In this document: positions 61,807-64,000 of the stretch, piece by piece
Layout: the number at the start of each line of letters is the position of its first letter
Position numbering within the stretch: position 1 is the first letter of the stretch
Source: an uncultured delta proteobacterium
GTDB lineage: Bacteria > Myxococcota_A > Polyangia > Polyangiales > Polyangiaceae
Direction of reading: 5' to 3'
Assembly (NCBI GenBank): GCA_963850305.1
Contig: CAWKKR010000007.1
Coordinates: 224,001 to 288,000, forward strand
DNA: 64,000 bases
Program-made: the position numbers and the translations under genes
Notes under the pieces: generated by a model
Databases searched by the model: none
Told to the model about the DNA's origin: nothing
The model's input: only the letters and a program-made list of their open reading frames with translations

Positions 61807-62551
61807 GCGTTTACCGACGCCTGCGGACGAGGGGATCGCCGGGTCCGAGGACTCGATCGTCGCGAACCGCAAGGCCAAGCTCGTGCTCGTCACGGACGAC
61901 CCCGCGATTGGCCCCATGCTCGACGAGCCCCTGAAGCGCGAGGGACACGAAGTGCAAGTCGTCCGCGAAGGGCGGGTGGCCTTGCAGCTGCTCAGGGCGA
62001 CGCAACCCAATCTCGTCATCCTGGATCTGGCGCTGCCGGACGTTCCCGGAACGGAGGTGTGCCGGACCCTGCGGAGCGAGCGTGCGACACGAGCAACCCC
62101 GATCATGGTCGTCAGCTCCCGGGCGGACGAGATGGACCGCGTCGTCGCCTTCGAGATCGGGGCGGATGACTTCGTCGCGGCGCCGTTCAGCGTACGCGAG
62201 GTCCTGCTCCGCGTCCGGGTGCTCCTGCGTCCACGCCCTCTCGCGCGGACGGCGCAGGTTCTTCGCGTCGGAGCGCTCTTGCTCGACGCGCACGCGCATC
62301 GCGTGTGGGTCGACTCGCGCGAGGTCATGCTCAGCGTACGGGAATTCCGGCTCCTCGAAGCACTGATGACGCGCCGAGATCGCGTCTTGCCGCGGTCTGC
62401 GCTCCTCGAAATCGTGTGGTCCGGCGCGGACGTCGGAGCCCGCTCGGTTGACGCTTACGTGACGCGCTTGAGGCGGAAACTCGGCGCCGCGCGCGACTAC
62501 GTGGAGACCGTGTCCAGCGTCGGCTATCGGTTGAAGAGCCCGAGCGACTGA
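61793..62551 (+). CDS. PhoB-like response regulator with degenerate receiver
   Basis: Clear paralog of 34216-34920; VTDD, ILDLALP, VVSS, FVAAPF (no Lys); intact wHTH. Confidence 0.88.
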   Translation: MSSRERLPTPADEGIAGSEDSIVANRKAKLVLVTDDPAIGPMLDEPLKREGHEVQVVREGRVALQLLRATQPNLVILDLALPDVPGTEVCRTLRSERATRATPIMVVSSRADEMDRVVAFEIGADDFVAAPFSVREVLLRVRVLLRPRPLARTAQVLRVGALLLDAHAHRVWVDSREVMLSVREFRLLEALMTRRDRVLPRSALLEIVWSGADVGARSVDAYVTRLRRKLGAARDYVETVSSVGYRLKSPSD

Positions 62552-62564
62552 AGGTGCCGTCACG

Positions 62565-64000
62565 TCACGACGGATGGGCCCCGGACGTCCATTCGAGCAC
62601 GGTCGCGCCGGTACGAGATTCCTGACGCTCCTGGGGGATACGCAGAGTGAATTCCGTCCCCCCACCGGCGCGGTCGCCGACTTCCACGGTTCCGCCGAGT
62701 GACGCAACCACGCGACGCACGATCGTCAGACCGAGACCCATTCCTTTGCCGACGTCCTTCGTCGTGTAAAATGGCGTGAAGATTCTCGCTCGCTCCTCCG
62801 GCCGAATACCGGAGCCGTTATCCGACACGGTGAGCGTCAAGGATCCGTCCTTGGACGACCCCTTCACGAGAACTCTCCCCGTCCCGTCGGGCGGGATCGC
62901 ATCGAGCGCGTTTTGAATCAAGTTGGTCAGCATTTGATTGAATTCCTCCGGGACGCAAACGACCCGGCCGTCGCCATCGAACGACGTCTGCACCTGAGAC
63001 CGTTCCACCCCTGCCTGTAGTACCGCCACGACATCGCGAGCGGCCTCGAACGCGTCGCGCGGCTGAAGGACCCTCGAGTAGCCTTCGCGCGAGTACCGCT
63101 GCATGAGGGTTACAGTGGCGCCGATTCTCTGAAGTCCCGTCTCGGTCACCTGAAACATTCTGCCCATTCGAGTGACTGCCGCCGAGAGCTGTCGAGCAGG
63201 CTCGCTGTTCTCGTCCCTCATCAAGTCTCTTTGCGCGAGTGAGACCAGCGCCTGCGCATCCGCCTCGATGAGAGACAACGCGTTCTTCATGTAGTTGAGC
63301 GGGTTGTTCAATTCGTGAGCCAAGCCGCCGGCGATCGTCTCCAGCGAATCCATGCTGTGCGTCAGCACCAAATCGGCCGTGGTTTCCTGTATTCGCACCA
63401 GACCGCGAACAGTGGTCACCAGTTCGCGTGTCGAGAAGGGCTTCGTCAGATAAGCACTCACCCCCGCCTCGAGACCCGCCACGCGATCCTCCGTATCGCC
63501 CCTCGCGGTGAGCATCACGATCGGGATGTGCCGCGTTCGAGCGTCAGCTCGAAGCCTTCGAGTAACCTCCATCCCGTCCATTCCAGGCATCATCAGGTCG
63601 GTAATGATCAGATTCGGCAAATATCTCGTCGCGAGTTCGATGCCCTTGTCGCCACGAGGGGCTGCGAGCACTCGAAAATGATTCCTGAGCGCCAGGTGGA
63701 TGACGCGTATCACGTCAGGCGTGTCTTCGATGACCAGGACGCTCTGGGCCCGCTCCTGCTCGTCGACGTCTCGCCCGACGACCCGTTGGTCGGTTGCCTC
63801 GTCGATATCGATGAAGCGAAACTGACTCTTCGCCTCCGCGTTCCAGTCCCCGACGTCGTGATCCGTCTCGCGCATCCCGAAGGCCCGATCTTCGTGCCGG
63901 GCGCGGCGGTCGATGCGGGACGGGTCGAAGTGGTCCTGTCCCTTGAGCAGATCCACCGTGAATATAGCGCCTCGCACGGGCGCATTCTCCCCACGGATCT
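62565..64000 (-). CDS. Hybrid histidine kinase (receiver + HisKA + HATPase), 5' partial
   Basis: VIED, ITDLMMP, KPF; AHELNNP, NLIQNA, FYTTK..GMGLG; frame appears to continue past the window edge. Confidence 0.9.
   Translation of the reverse strand, partial: IRGENAPVRGAIFTVDLLKGQDHFDPSRIDRRARHEDRAFGMRETDHDVGDWNAEAKSQFRFIDIDEATDQRVVGRDVDEQERAQSVLVIEDTPDVIRVIHLALRNHFRVLAAPRGDKGIELATRYLPNLIITDLMMPGMDGMEVTRRLRADARTRHIPIVMLTARGDTEDRVAGLEAGVSAYLTKPFSTRELVTTVRGLVRIQETTADLVLTHSMDSLETIAGGLAHELNNPLNYMKNALSLIEADAQALVSLAQRDLMRDENSEPARQLSAAVTRMGRMFQVTETGLQRIGATVTLMQRYSREGYSRVLQPRDAFEAARDVVAVLQAGVERSQVQTSFDGDGRVVCVPEEFNQMLTNLIQNALDAIPPDGTGRVLVKGSSKDGSLTLTVSDNGSGIRPEERARIFTPFYTTKDVGKGMGLGLTIVRRVVASLGGTVEVGDRAGGGTEFTLRIPQERQESRTGATVLEWTSGAHPS

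Overview
GC-rich bacterial chromosome segment whose gene content (Ser/Thr kinases, Cys-rich and Gly/DAG-rich lipoproteins, TonB_C-fused TonB-dependent receptor) points to Myxococcota, probably Polyangia; this is inferred, not tested. Left half (1-30.6 kb): a Fur-box-flanked divergon (large lipoprotein / cytochrome P460-like), TolB-like Cys-rich lipoprotein, PilZ, asd, WD40 kinase, SDR plus acyl-CoA dehydrogenase, fused trpE(G) with an attenuator, an atypical P450 / barrel protein / DyP peroxidase cluster, a STAND cyclase facing a kinase-cNMP gene, and a beta-helix / diheme peroxidase / SO2930-type heme cluster. Right half (30.7-62.6 kb) is a ~32 kb phosphorus-starvation island with 11-bp-periodic pho boxes: a phoU paralog, phoBR, pstSCAB-phoU, an AcpA-like phosphatase on a collagen-like stalk, a PlcP-like lipid-remodelling cluster, a 16 x 21 bp palindromic tandem array, and a ten-gene operon (PstS-like protein, OprO/P-like porin, ExbBD-TonB, TonB-dependent receptor, lipoproteins, atypical PhoB paralog) that is the best candidate for an undescribed system. 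Five of seven frameshifts are the same GATC->GAWTC insertion, suggesting sequencing error caused by DNA modification. No rRNA, tRNA, CRISPR or mobile element was recognised. All family assignments come from motif recognition by eye; no searches were run.
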